Shown one piece after another: positions 19,808 through 28,461 of a DNA stretch of 57,759 nt. The DNA lies in NCBI GenBank assembly GCA_041494945.1, contig JBGQBP010000001.1:1-57759 (forward strand), given 5' to 3'. Under the pieces are notes generated by a model. The model made no database searches and was not told where the DNA came from. It saw only the letters and a list, made by a program, of their open reading frames with translations. Source of the stretch: Candidatus Binatia bacterium (GTDB lineage Bacteria > Desulfobacterota > Binatia > UBA9968). Position numbers and translations under genes: made by a program. The first letter of the stretch is position 1. Each line of letters begins with the position of its first letter.

Positions 19808-20713
19808 TTGCTCCACTATTTTATGTGGAGAATACTCTCAAAGGTGTTTTTTTCATGGCTCGTTTTGCTACTGTCTGCGGGGCTTGCTCTTGGAACGGCG
19901 CCTTACCAAGAGGGAGAGCAAGATCTGGTTGAAAGAGGCCGATATATCTTCGCCATTGCCGGGGGTTGCGCCTGTCACACAGTCCCTAAAAAGACCCCGC
20001 ACGTAGGTGGTCGTGCCTTCCCTATCCCCTTGGGTAAAGTTTACTCGACGAATATCACCCAGGACAAAGAGACTGGAATTGGCAACTGGTCTGACAGGGA
20101 GATACACAATTCTATCGTGAAAGGAATCCGACCAAACGGCGAGAGGCTTTTACCCGTCATGCCGTACGAGGCATACTCCGGCATGGCTGAAAAGGACCTC
20201 GAAGCCCTGATTGCCTACTTGAGAACCCTGAAGCCGGTGCACAAGGAAAATCTCCCGCTAAAGGTTTGGGTTCCCTTCCTTCGCTCCGTGTTTACTCCAC
20301 TATGGCTCAAGCTTTTTGGGCGCGTTTCCAATTCCCCTGCTAAGGCGCCTGAAAGCGGTGTCGAAAGGGGACGCTACCTGGCTCAACATGTCTCCCTGTG
20401 TAGCGATTGCCATACCCCACGAAACTTCCTCGGTATTCCCAACCTATCTCTCTATTTTGCCGGGGCCAGAACAGGGCCTTTGGGGGAGGAGATACCCAAC
20501 ATCACGCCGGACAACAAGACCGGCATAGGGGAGTGGAGCCGGGAACAAATCGCAGAATTGCTTCTGACAGGGATCAAGCCGGACCAAGAAAATGTCGAGG
20601 GTCTCATGAAAGAAGTTATTCAGGGGGGATACAAAAACATGAAGCGAGAGGATGCTTTGGCAATTGCGGACTACTTAAAATCCATCCCGCCGATTGCCAA
20701 TAAAATCAGGTAA
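19808..20713 (+). CDS. dihaem c-type cytochrome; start TTG 19808 or ATG 19823
   Basis: Two CxxCH motifs (GGCACHT and CSDCHT), an N-terminal hydrophobic anchor or signal, and repeated IGxWS..EI... modules. Confidence 0.8.
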   Translation: MLHYFMWRILSKVFFSWLVLLLSAGLALGTAPYQEGEQDLVERGRYIFAIAGGCACHTVPKKTPHVGGRAFPIPLGKVYSTNITQDKETGIGNWSDREIHNSIVKGIRPNGERLLPVMPYEAYSGMAEKDLEALIAYLRTLKPVHKENLPLKVWVPFLRSVFTPLWLKLFGRVSNSPAKAPESGVERGRYLAQHVSLCSDCHTPRNFLGIPNLSLYFAGARTGPLGEEIPNITPDNKTGIGEWSREQIAELLLTGIKPDQENVEGLMKEVIQGGYKNMKREDALAIADYLKSIPPIANKIR

Positions 20714-20790
20714 ATTTTCAAAACCAAGAGGTTTGTAAAGGATAGAGCAGTTAAAAACTTGAGCAGAAAAAATCTGAGAAGGGAGATGCT

Positions 20791-21156
20791 ATGAAAAAAC
20801 CTTTGTTGTTCGCTTTAGGAGGGGTTCTGTTAGCCTTGACGCTGTCGGTGGCGATCGCCCAAGAGGCACAGAAGGTGACAATCGTCCTGACGAATTACAA
20901 GCTTGACCCCAGTGAGATCACCGTTAAACCAGGAAAAGTCGAGTTTACGTTGGTCAACAAAGGGGATGTTAGACATAACCTGAGACTCAAGATAGGTGAT
21001 AAAGACCTTAAGCTGAACAACCAAGCTAAAGCAGGGGAAACCATCAAAACGGAGGTTGATCTTGTGGCCGGAGAGTATGATATGTCCTGCAGCTCGACCG
21101 AAGGAGGGGGTAGTCACAGGGAAAAAGGGATGGTGGGGAAACTTATAGTCAAATAG
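20791..21156 (+). CDS. cupredoxin-fold blue copper protein
   Basis: 121 aa with a signal peptide. Candidate ligand set is H (VRHN), C (DMSCS), H (GGSH) and M (KGM), with type-1 Cu spacing. Confidence 0.65.
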   Translation: MKKPLLFALGGVLLALTLSVAIAQEAQKVTIVLTNYKLDPSEITVKPGKVEFTLVNKGDVRHNLRLKIGDKDLKLNNQAKAGETIKTEVDLVAGEYDMSCSSTEGGGSHREKGMVGKLIVK

Positions 21157-21284
21157 CGCAAGTGACCGAGGTCGTGAGCAAACGGCGCTGCCACAACAGT
21201 TCCGGCGCCGAAAATAGTCTTAATAAACAGCCAGGGAAGGCCGACGATTAAGACGTGAAGCTCAAGTAGGGAAAGGAGAAAGTT

Positions 21285-22565
21285 ATGAAACACAAAGACC
21301 TGATCTGTCTAATGGTGATTTTTATCGCGGCTGTTGGCTGGTCCCTGGCCAGAGGAGCGGCTAGCAGCGGACCACAGTTTCCGCAAGATGTAACGTTTAC
21401 GACTCTTACTACGACGACAAGATCGATAGAAGGACTGACAGGAGACAATGCGGGCAACCTCTACACCGGCGGAGCTGCCATCGGCGGCGATAACTTCTGT
21501 CCCGTGTGGCGCATCAACCTGTCCAGTCCCACTCCAGTGGTGGTCGGCAAGATCCCCACGCCTTGCAGTCTTCTGGGAATTGCATTGAACGACGCAGGAG
21601 ATATTTTTGTTGCTGATCATGTTTTCGGTAACTTGGTGGTTGGGAAAATCTGGACGTTTACCCCTAATTCCACCACCCCTCCGACGCTGATCACCCCTTT
21701 CGCCTCGGGAGTTCCAGGAGCTAACGGGATCGTCTTTGATAGAGACGGTAATCTTTTTGTTGCCGATGGGACAACAGGTCAAGGGAGGGTGTGGAAGATT
21801 ACAGGTCCGGGAGCCGATTGCACACCTCCTACGCCCACCAACTGTGTCGAGGTATTCCGCGTCCAGCCAATGCGTAACAGCACCGCGCTTGGGGGAGACA
21901 TTGCCGGTGACGGAGTCGGGCGGCAGGCAAGGGATTTTCCTCCTGGGACGCTAACGATCACTATCCCAGCAGCGACTCCACTTCCTACCACCGTTACTCC
22001 AGCAGGCGGACAGGATCTCGTCGCCAACGGCATTGTCATCGACCATCAAGGAAATATGTTCGTTGTCGATACTGCGCGAGGGGCGCTCTGGAAGGTTCAA
22101 TTTGACCGGCATGGGAATCTTCAAAGTCCGACCGGCTGCGACACCACGTTCACAGATAACACGCTCTGCCTCAGCAACGTCTTCGTAGCGCACCCCATCC
22201 TTGAAGGCGGAGATGGGATCGCCCTGGATGTGGCTGGCAATATCTGGGTAGATGCCAATGAGCGGAACGCAGTGGCTGTCGTTACCAAGGATGGAAGAGT
22301 TCTTGAAGTCTTCCGCAATCCAGTCAACACAGGCGGGTTGAGAAATTCGGCCGATACGGCGGCGGCGAACACCCATATCCTGGAATTCCCTACCGGCCCT
22401 TTCCTCAGCGGGAAGGTTTTCTGCACTTCCAATTCTGACGGTAACCGGCGTGATAACTTTCTCAATACCGCTGGAGAAATCACACCGGCAGGGCCGAATC
22501 GAGGAAAGATCTCCTGTATGGACCAGGACCTGATAATCCCTGGCCTAACGCTGCCTGTCCACTGA
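21285..22565 (+). CDS. secreted beta-propeller protein (SMP-30/gluconolactonase/LRE or NHL-like)
   Basis: 426 aa with a signal peptide. Repeated blades of the form 'G(I/L)A.D..GN(I/L)(F/W)V(A/V)D'. Confidence 0.6.
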   Translation: MKHKDLICLMVIFIAAVGWSLARGAASSGPQFPQDVTFTTLTTTTRSIEGLTGDNAGNLYTGGAAIGGDNFCPVWRINLSSPTPVVVGKIPTPCSLLGIALNDAGDIFVADHVFGNLVVGKIWTFTPNSTTPPTLITPFASGVPGANGIVFDRDGNLFVADGTTGQGRVWKITGPGADCTPPTPTNCVEVFRVQPMRNSTALGGDIAGDGVGRQARDFPPGTLTITIPAATPLPTTVTPAGGQDLVANGIVIDHQGNMFVVDTARGALWKVQFDRHGNLQSPTGCDTTFTDNTLCLSNVFVAHPILEGGDGIALDVAGNIWVDANERNAVAVVTKDGRVLEVFRNPVNTGGLRNSADTAAANTHILEFPTGPFLSGKVFCTSNSDGNRRDNFLNTAGEITPAGPNRGKISCMDQDLIIPGLTLPVH

Positions 22566-22604
22566 AACCTAATTGCAAAAAGGTCGTCTTCAATAATCCA
22601 ACAC

Positions 22605-22640
22605 GAGGCCTCCGGGATTCCGGAGGCCTTGTTTTTCTTC
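22605..22640 (+). terminator. rho-independent terminator
   Basis: GGCCTCCGG-GATT-CCGGAGGCC hairpin followed by TTGTTTTTCTTC. Confidence 0.7.
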
Positions 22641-22706
22641 TTCCCTTTGATCCGCGCTTCATCTAGAATCCACTAGCTACAGCGAGATTAGGCGATAGGG
22701 ACAACC

Positions 22707-23693
22707 GTGAATAAGAAAATCTTTTCTATCGCACTTACCTTTATTGCTGTGGCTTTGGTTCATCTGGCCGACGCGCAGCAGCCGAAAAAAGTCCCCAGGA
22801 TAGGATTCCTAGGTGCTGCCTCCCCTGCCACTTTGCCGGCTGGTTTGGAGGCATTCAGGCAGGGTCTGCGCGATCTCGGCTATGTCGAGGGGAAAAATAT
22901 TGCCCTTGAATTCCGCTGGGCGGAGGGCAAGCGCGATCCGCTCCCCGGTCTCGCCGCCGAGCTGGTCCGGCTCAAAGTAGATGTCTTGGTCTCAGGGGGT
23001 GGCAGTTCAGCAACGCGCGCTCTGAAGCAAGCAACCAACACGATTCCAATAGTGATGACGGCAGGTAGCGATCCCGTTGCAGCGGGCTTCGTCGCTAGTC
23101 TCGCAAGACCAGGTGGCAATATCACCGGGCCTACTCTCGGTGGCCTGGAGCTAAGCGGCAAACGCCTGGAGCTTCTCAAGGAGGCCGTTCCCAAACTCTC
23201 CCGCGTTGCTGTCCTCGGGAATCCAGACGGTGCAACATACGGCCCACAGATGAAAGAAATGGAGGTCGCTGCACGGGCGTTGGGTCTCCAGCTTCAACCT
23301 GTGGAATTGCGAGAATCCAGTGATTTGGAGAATGTCTTCTCGGCAATTACCAGAGGGGGTGCCGGCGCTCTTATCGGGCTCAATTCCCCGGAGTTTGCCT
23401 TTCATCGACGACGGATCGCAGAGCTGGCGGTAAAGAGCCGCCTTCCAGCGGTGTACGTAGATAGTGAGTTTGTGAATGATGGTGGCCTCATGTCTTATGC
23501 GCCAGACCGTTCCGACTTGTTCCGCAGCGCCGCAACCTACGTGGACAAGATTTTGAAAGGCCGTAAACCAGCCGATCTTCCCGTAGAGCAGCCGATAAAG
23601 TTCGAGTTGGTCATCAATCTGAAAGCCGCGAAGCAGATCGGTCTCACGATTCCGCCCAACGTGCTGGCGCGCGCGGATAAGGTGATCAAGTGA
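22707..23693 (+). CDS. ABC_sub_bind-type ABC transporter substrate-binding protein; orphan, GTG start
   Basis: 328 aa with a signal peptide. KVPRIGFLGAASP...LGYVEGKNIALEFRWAEGK...LKVDVLV...IPIVM is typical of this family. Confidence 0.75.
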   Translation: MNKKIFSIALTFIAVALVHLADAQQPKKVPRIGFLGAASPATLPAGLEAFRQGLRDLGYVEGKNIALEFRWAEGKRDPLPGLAAELVRLKVDVLVSGGGSSATRALKQATNTIPIVMTAGSDPVAAGFVASLARPGGNITGPTLGGLELSGKRLELLKEAVPKLSRVAVLGNPDGATYGPQMKEMEVAARALGLQLQPVELRESSDLENVFSAITRGGAGALIGLNSPEFAFHRRRIAELAVKSRLPAVYVDSEFVNDGGLMSYAPDRSDLFRSAATYVDKILKGRKPADLPVEQPIKFELVINLKAAKQIGLTIPPNVLARADKVIK

Positions 23694-23698
23694 AACAA

Positions 23699-23740
23699 TT
23701 TTGGATTTTCGATTTGCGATCTTCGATTTTGGATTGTTGG
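23699..23740. repeat. heptamer-periodic T-rich repeat (TTTTGGA TTTTCGA TTTGCGA TCTTCGA TTTTGGA TTGTTGG)
   Basis: Six consecutive 7-nt units read directly, starting 6 nt after the SBP stop codon. Confidence 0.8.
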
Positions 23741-23775
23741 CGAGATCGACGCCGGAGATGCTGGGCATGGAGGTA

Positions 23776-23832
23776 AAATTTCCTGTATGGACCAGGACCT
23801 GATTATCCAGGCCTGCCGTTGCCGATTCACTA
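23776..23832 (+). pseudogene. orphan 3'-end remnant of a beta-propeller gene, paralogous to 22506-22565
   Basis: ttcctgtatggaccaggacctgattatcc aligns with tctcctgtatggaccaggacctgataatcc at the end of gene 21285..22565. It encodes GKISCMDQDLII with no upstream ORF. Confidence 0.6.
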
Positions 23833-23850
23833 GACTCAGTCAGACCGGAC

Positions 23851-23887
23851 AAAGGCCCCTAGAAGAACTCTAGGGGCCTTTTTTTTG
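23851..23887 (+). terminator. rho-independent terminator
   Basis: AAGGCCCCTAG-AAGAACT-CTAGGGGCCTT hairpin followed by a T7 run. Confidence 0.75.
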
Positions 23888-23977
23888 AAATCTTTTTTTC
23901 TTTCCTTTGCTGGGGGATTCAACTAGAATCCGCGACGATTCGAATCGGCGGAGTCAAGCACACGGAAGGAGACTTTA

Positions 23978-24988
23978 ATGAAACCAAACCGATTGCCTCT
24001 ATGGTTCGTTGTGCTCGCTTTCGTCCCCGGCTGCGCCGCGATGGGCCCCAGCGGCCAAGGCCCAAAAGTCTCCATCCTGATCGATCTCGATCCCGCGAGC
24101 GCGGATCGGACGGTGATCATTGAGAACCTCACGGTCGATCAGCAGGGCCGGCTCTATACGACGGACTGGGTATCGGGCAATATCCTGCGCGTAGATCCAA
24201 AGGCGCCGAAGCCGGTCGTTGTGGGCCGAATTGCGGCCCGCGAGATCGGAGGAAAAAGTTCCCGTGGCGATGGTCGGGGAATCGCCTTTAACGCCCAGGG
24301 CGATCTCTTCATCGCCTGCGAGCCGTTCAGAGAGATCGTTCGTCTCAAGCGCGCCGATATCAATCCTGAGAAACCCGGGCTTGCGGAAACCTTCGCCACG
24401 GGCACTGAGGACCCCAATGGGATCACGTTTGACCGCCAGGGGAATCTCTTCGTTGCGGGCGCCCGAACCGGACGAGTTTACCGTGTCGGGCCTGCGGGTG
24501 GCCCCGCCGAGGTGGCGTTCCAGATCGAACGCTACACCCGCACTTTGCCGGATGGAAAGACACAACAGTCGATAGTCGCCAACGGCCTGGCGTTCGATGC
24601 CAAAGGACTGCTTTATGTCACCGACACGGCGCGTGGCGCGATCTGGACGGTAGCGATCGGCGCGGACGGCAAAGCCGGCAAACCGAATTTGCTCGTTCAG
24701 AACCCCCTCTTGGAAGGAGCGGATGGTTTGGAGTTTGACCGCAGCGGCAAGCTTTGGGTCGCAGCCAACGAGAGAAACGCTATTGTCACGGTCACCCCCG
24801 ACGGAAAAGTTCAAGAGGTGGCGAAGAACGGCAGCCAGGGGCCGCTGGAATTCCCCACTGCTATTGTCTTTGTGGGGAATACCGGCTACATCAGCAACAG
24901 TGATACGCCGCGTCGGGACAATGTCGCTGCCGACGGAAAAACGTCCCTCGACGGAATCGGCGCTTCGATCGCGCAGGTGACGCCCTGA
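23978..24988 (+). CDS. SMP-30/gluconolactonase/LRE family beta-propeller lipoprotein
   Basis: Lipobox LAFVPGCAA. Blades include GIAFNAQGDLFIA, GITFDRQGNLFVA, GLAFDAKGLLYVTD and GLEFDRSGKLWVA. Confidence 0.75.
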   Translation: MKPNRLPLWFVVLAFVPGCAAMGPSGQGPKVSILIDLDPASADRTVIIENLTVDQQGRLYTTDWVSGNILRVDPKAPKPVVVGRIAAREIGGKSSRGDGRGIAFNAQGDLFIACEPFREIVRLKRADINPEKPGLAETFATGTEDPNGITFDRQGNLFVAGARTGRVYRVGPAGGPAEVAFQIERYTRTLPDGKTQQSIVANGLAFDAKGLLYVTDTARGAIWTVAIGADGKAGKPNLLVQNPLLEGADGLEFDRSGKLWVAANERNAIVTVTPDGKVQEVAKNGSQGPLEFPTAIVFVGNTGYISNSDTPRRDNVAADGKTSLDGIGASIAQVTP

Positions 24989-24993
24989 CCAAA

Positions 24994-25773
24994 ATGGCGC
25001 CGCTGCTTTCGGTCCAGAATGTCAGGAGGGAGTTCGACGTTCGCGGGAAAAACGTTCTCGCGCTCGACACCCTGAATCTCGCTCTCGATGAAGGAGAGTT
25101 CGTCACCGTCGTCGGTCCTTCCGGATGCGGCAAGTCCACTCTGTTGAATATCGTCGTCGGACTGCTTCCGCCGAGCGCGGGCGAAATTCTCTTTCGCGGC
25201 CGCGCGGTAAACGGCATCAATCCCGAGATCGGTTACGTCACGCAAAAAGACAATCTGCTGCCATGGCGGACGCTGGTCGAAAACGTCGAGCTGGCGCTGG
25301 AGATCCGCGGCGCTGAGAAGAGCGCGCGCCGCCGCCGCGCCGAAAAGCTGATCGTGCAAGTCGGGCTTAACGGCTTCGAGGAGCATTACCCGCACGAGCT
25401 TTCCGGCGGCATGCGCCAGCGCGCCAACATCATCCGCACACTCATCTACGATCCCAAGCTGATTTTGATGGACGAGCCGTTCGGCCCGCTCGACGCCCAG
25501 ACGCGAATCGTTCTGCAGGAGCAGCTCCTGAAGCTCTGGCAGGCCTCCAAAAAAACAATTCTCTTCATCACCCACGATCTGGTCGAAGCGATTACGCTGG
25601 CCGACCGCGTCGTCGTGATGACCTCGCGCCCCGGGCGCGTCAAGCACATCGCGGCGGTGCCGATACCGCGACCGCGCGACGTCTATGAGATCCACACGAG
25701 CCCGGCGTTCCGCGAGGTCTACAATACGCTCTGGCACGAACTCAAACCCGAAGTGAATATGGCGGAAGTATAG
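24994..25773 (+). CDS. ABC transporter ATP-binding protein (NitT/TauT family)
   Basis: Walker A GPSGCGKST, signature LSGGMRQR, Walker B LILMDEPFGPLD. Confidence 0.9.
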   Translation: MAPLLSVQNVRREFDVRGKNVLALDTLNLALDEGEFVTVVGPSGCGKSTLLNIVVGLLPPSAGEILFRGRAVNGINPEIGYVTQKDNLLPWRTLVENVELALEIRGAEKSARRRRAEKLIVQVGLNGFEEHYPHELSGGMRQRANIIRTLIYDPKLILMDEPFGPLDAQTRIVLQEQLLKLWQASKKTILFITHDLVEAITLADRVVVMTSRPGRVKHIAAVPIPRPRDVYEIHTSPAFREVYNTLWHELKPEVNMAEV

Positions 25774-25788
25774 AAAGGAGAGTTTTCC

Positions 25789-26802
25789 ATGAAGCGATTC
25801 GTCATCGTCCTCTGTTCCATCGCGCTCCTCGAGATTGGCTGGCTGTCCGAAGCCGGCGCTCAAGCTCCCAGAAAAGTGAAGATGACCATTCCCGTCGTGG
25901 CCCACTCGATGACGCCGGTCTACCTTGCCCAATCGAAGGGCTTTTTCAAAGAGGAAGGATTGGACGTGGACATCACGTCCACCGGCGGCGGAGGACCGGA
26001 CATCCGGGCGCTCATCGCCGGCGACGTGGACTTCAGCTTCACCACAGGCGACAACGTCATCCTCGCCAATCAGGAAGGCAAGAAGCTGTTGATGGTCGCG
26101 AGCGGCCTTAACAAATTATTTATCAACTGGGCGATACACAAGGACTCAGCCAAAACGAAAGGAATCACGGAATCCACCCCGCTCACGGAGAAGATCAAGG
26201 CGCTGAAGGGACTCACGGTCGGCTTCACTAGCGCCGGAGCCTTGACCCAGCATCTCGCGACCTTCGTCACCCGCAAAGCCGGTTACACGCCGCAGCAGGA
26301 CGTCAATATAATCGCGATCGGCGCGGGACCGACGTGGCTCGCCGCTCTGGAAAACCACAAGGTGGACGTCGCGCTGACGGCGCCGCCGGTTCCCGAAACC
26401 GCCGTCAGCCGCGGCTTCGCGATGATGTTTCTCAGCTACACCAACTACGATCAGCTCGGCATCCCCGAGTTCTTGATGGAGAACCTGATCGCCCGTCCCG
26501 ACACCGTGACGAAAGATCCGGACCTGGTTAGAAAAATGACGCGCGCGCTGGTCAAGGCGAACAAGTGGGCGCTGCAAAGCACGCCCGAGCAAGTCGCCGA
26601 GGCGCTGAAACCGTTCCTGGGACAGACCGATCCCGCGCTGCTTCTCGCCGGAGCGAAGGCGGTGCTGCCGGCTTTGAGCCCTGACGGCCGCACCACCGAA
26701 CGCAGCGTGCAGAGCACTCAGGATATGTTGGAGCAGTCCGGGCTGTTGAAAAAGCGCGTCCCCTATTCCGAGGTCGTCACGAACGAGTTCCTGCCCAAAT
26801 GA
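25789..26802 (+). CDS. NMT1-like ABC substrate-binding protein
   Basis: 337 aa with a signal peptide. Located between the cognate ATPase and permease. Confidence 0.8.
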   Translation: MKRFVIVLCSIALLEIGWLSEAGAQAPRKVKMTIPVVAHSMTPVYLAQSKGFFKEEGLDVDITSTGGGGPDIRALIAGDVDFSFTTGDNVILANQEGKKLLMVASGLNKLFINWAIHKDSAKTKGITESTPLTEKIKALKGLTVGFTSAGALTQHLATFVTRKAGYTPQQDVNIIAIGAGPTWLAALENHKVDVALTAPPVPETAVSRGFAMMFLSYTNYDQLGIPEFLMENLIARPDTVTKDPDLVRKMTRALVKANKWALQSTPEQVAEALKPFLGQTDPALLLAGAKAVLPALSPDGRTTERSVQSTQDMLEQSGLLKKRVPYSEVVTNEFLPK

Positions 26803-27584
26803 TCGGACGCGGCCGCCTCTTCGTTTATCGCGCGATCTTCGGTCTGCTCCTGCTCGCGTTCTGGGAGCTGAGCTCGGGCAGGCTGATCGATCCTTTCTGG
26901 GTCTCGAGTCCATCGCTGGTCTTTGGTTATCTCTGGCAGGTGATCTCGGATGGTTCGATTTTCGGTCATCTCGCGATCACGATGTACGAGACTTTCGCCG
27001 GCTTTTTCATCGGCGCGCTCTCCGGCATCGCCCTGGGCTTCTTTTTGGCGCGAAGAGAAATCATGGCCCAAATCCTTGACCCGTACATCGTCGCCTTCAA
27101 CGGCATCCCGCGGATCGCGCTGGCGCCGTTGTTCATCATCTGGTTCGGCATCGGGCCGAACTCGAAAGTCATCCTGGTCGTAACCGTGGTGTTCTTTCTC
27201 ACGTTCTTCAATACCTATGCGGGGGTCAAAGGCGTGGACATCGAGCTCAAAAATGTTCTACGCATCATGGGCGCGAGTGAAAGACAGATCCTCTTCAAAG
27301 TGACAATTCCGGCGACGGTGCCATGGATCGCCACGGGGCTCAAGATCAGCGTGCCTTACGCGATCGTCGCCGCCGTGGTGGGCGAATTCATCGCCGCAAG
27401 CAAAGGGCTGGGCTATCTCATCAATTACAACACCTCGCTGTTCTCGACGACCGGCGCATTAGGTGGGATTCTGATACTGGCCCTCGTCGTCGTCCTATGC
27501 AACGAAGCCATCAGTCGCACCGAGGCGCACTTTCTCCGCTGGCGTCCGCGTGAGGAAACCAAAAGGGTGAGAGAGCTTTACTAG
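26799..27584 (+). CDS. ABC transporter permease (NitT/TauT family, BPD_transp_1)
   Basis: ATGA overlap with the SBP stop, 6 TM segments, EAA-like loop region. Confidence 0.85.
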   Translation: MIGRGRLFVYRAIFGLLLLAFWELSSGRLIDPFWVSSPSLVFGYLWQVISDGSIFGHLAITMYETFAGFFIGALSGIALGFFLARREIMAQILDPYIVAFNGIPRIALAPLFIIWFGIGPNSKVILVVTVVFFLTFFNTYAGVKGVDIELKNVLRIMGASERQILFKVTIPATVPWIATGLKISVPYAIVAAVVGEFIAASKGLGYLINYNTSLFSTTGALGGILILALVVVLCNEAISRTEAHFLRWRPREETKRVRELY

Positions 27585-27597
27585 GGCCGACGCAAAC

Positions 27598-27625
27598 TTG
27601 ACAATCGGCCGGCAGGCGATAAATA
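27598..27625 (+). promoter_or_regulatory. sigma70-like promoter candidate (TTGACA, 16 nt, TAAATA)
   Basis: A perfect -35 hexamer at 27598-27603 and a -10-like hexamer at 27620-27625, 22 nt upstream of the ATG at 27648. Confidence 0.35.
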
Positions 27626-27647
27626 CTCTTCGTTCGGTACGCGCGTC

Positions 27648-28451
27648 ATGAAGATCGATCCCGACAAGTGCGTGGCCTGCGGCAACTGCGTGCCGGTTTG
27701 CCCCATGGGCGCCATTCATATCGACCCGCGGATCGAACGCGCCAGCGTCGACGAGGACGAGTGCGTCGAATGCTTCGCCTGCTACCGGGGCATGTCGAAG
27801 GAACATTTGAACCCGGCGATGGTGCGGACGATCCGCAGAGCAGCGAAGCTCTTTCGCTTTCGCTTCGATCCGGAGCCGGATATCTGCCCGACCGACGCCA
27901 TCGTGCCACAAGACTTGGTTTGGCCGCGAATCGTCCGCCGAGCGTTTTCCGATCCGCAAGTTCCGCATGAGTCCACCGGCATCCACGGGCGCGGCACCGC
28001 CGAAGTAAAAACCAACGACGTTACCGCCCGCGTGAAGCACGGCGAAGCGGGATTCGTCGTGGAGTTTGGCCGCCCTGGTATCGGCGCGCGCTTCCGCGAC
28101 ATCGAGCGGGTCACCGCCGCGCTCGCGGAATTAGGTGTTGAATTCGAACCGAACAATCCGGTGACCTCGCTGATGCGCGATCGTGCCCGCGGGCTGTTGC
28201 GCGAAGATATCCTGGACGAAAAGATTCTTTCGGCCATCGTCGAGATCAAAACGCCGCTGGAGCGAGTGCCCGACGTCCTCCGCAGAATCAAGGATCTCGG
28301 ACACGAGGTGGAGACCGTGATCAGCACAGGAGTCTCCACCCGCTGCGACACGGATGGAAACGATTCGCTGCGCGAGATGCTCGAGCGCGAGGGATACGCC
28401 GCGTACCGCGGGAAAACGAACCTTGGACTGGGACGAATCACGATCGAGTGA
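27648..28451 (+). CDS. 2x[4Fe-4S] ferredoxin-domain protein with an uncharacterised C-terminal domain of about 200 aa
   Basis: CVACGNCVPVCP and CVECFACY...CP cysteine motifs in the first 90 aa. The remainder is unrecognised. Confidence 0.7.
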   Translation: MKIDPDKCVACGNCVPVCPMGAIHIDPRIERASVDEDECVECFACYRGMSKEHLNPAMVRTIRRAAKLFRFRFDPEPDICPTDAIVPQDLVWPRIVRRAFSDPQVPHESTGIHGRGTAEVKTNDVTARVKHGEAGFVVEFGRPGIGARFRDIERVTAALAELGVEFEPNNPVTSLMRDRARGLLREDILDEKILSAIVEIKTPLERVPDVLRRIKDLGHEVETVISTGVSTRCDTDGNDSLREMLEREGYAAYRGKTNLGLGRITIE

Positions 28452-28461
28452 GCAATAAGCC

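Noticed and set aside
24886-25932. 348-aa minus-strand ORF. Similar cases are 30603..31772, 17688..18605, 55295..56158, 5562..6158, 10592..11206, 26146..26913 and 23999..24814
   Set aside because: All are antisense to genes with clear family motifs (ABC ATPase, DctM, kinase, OppA, UbiD, SBPs, propeller). They are treated as shadow ORFs.
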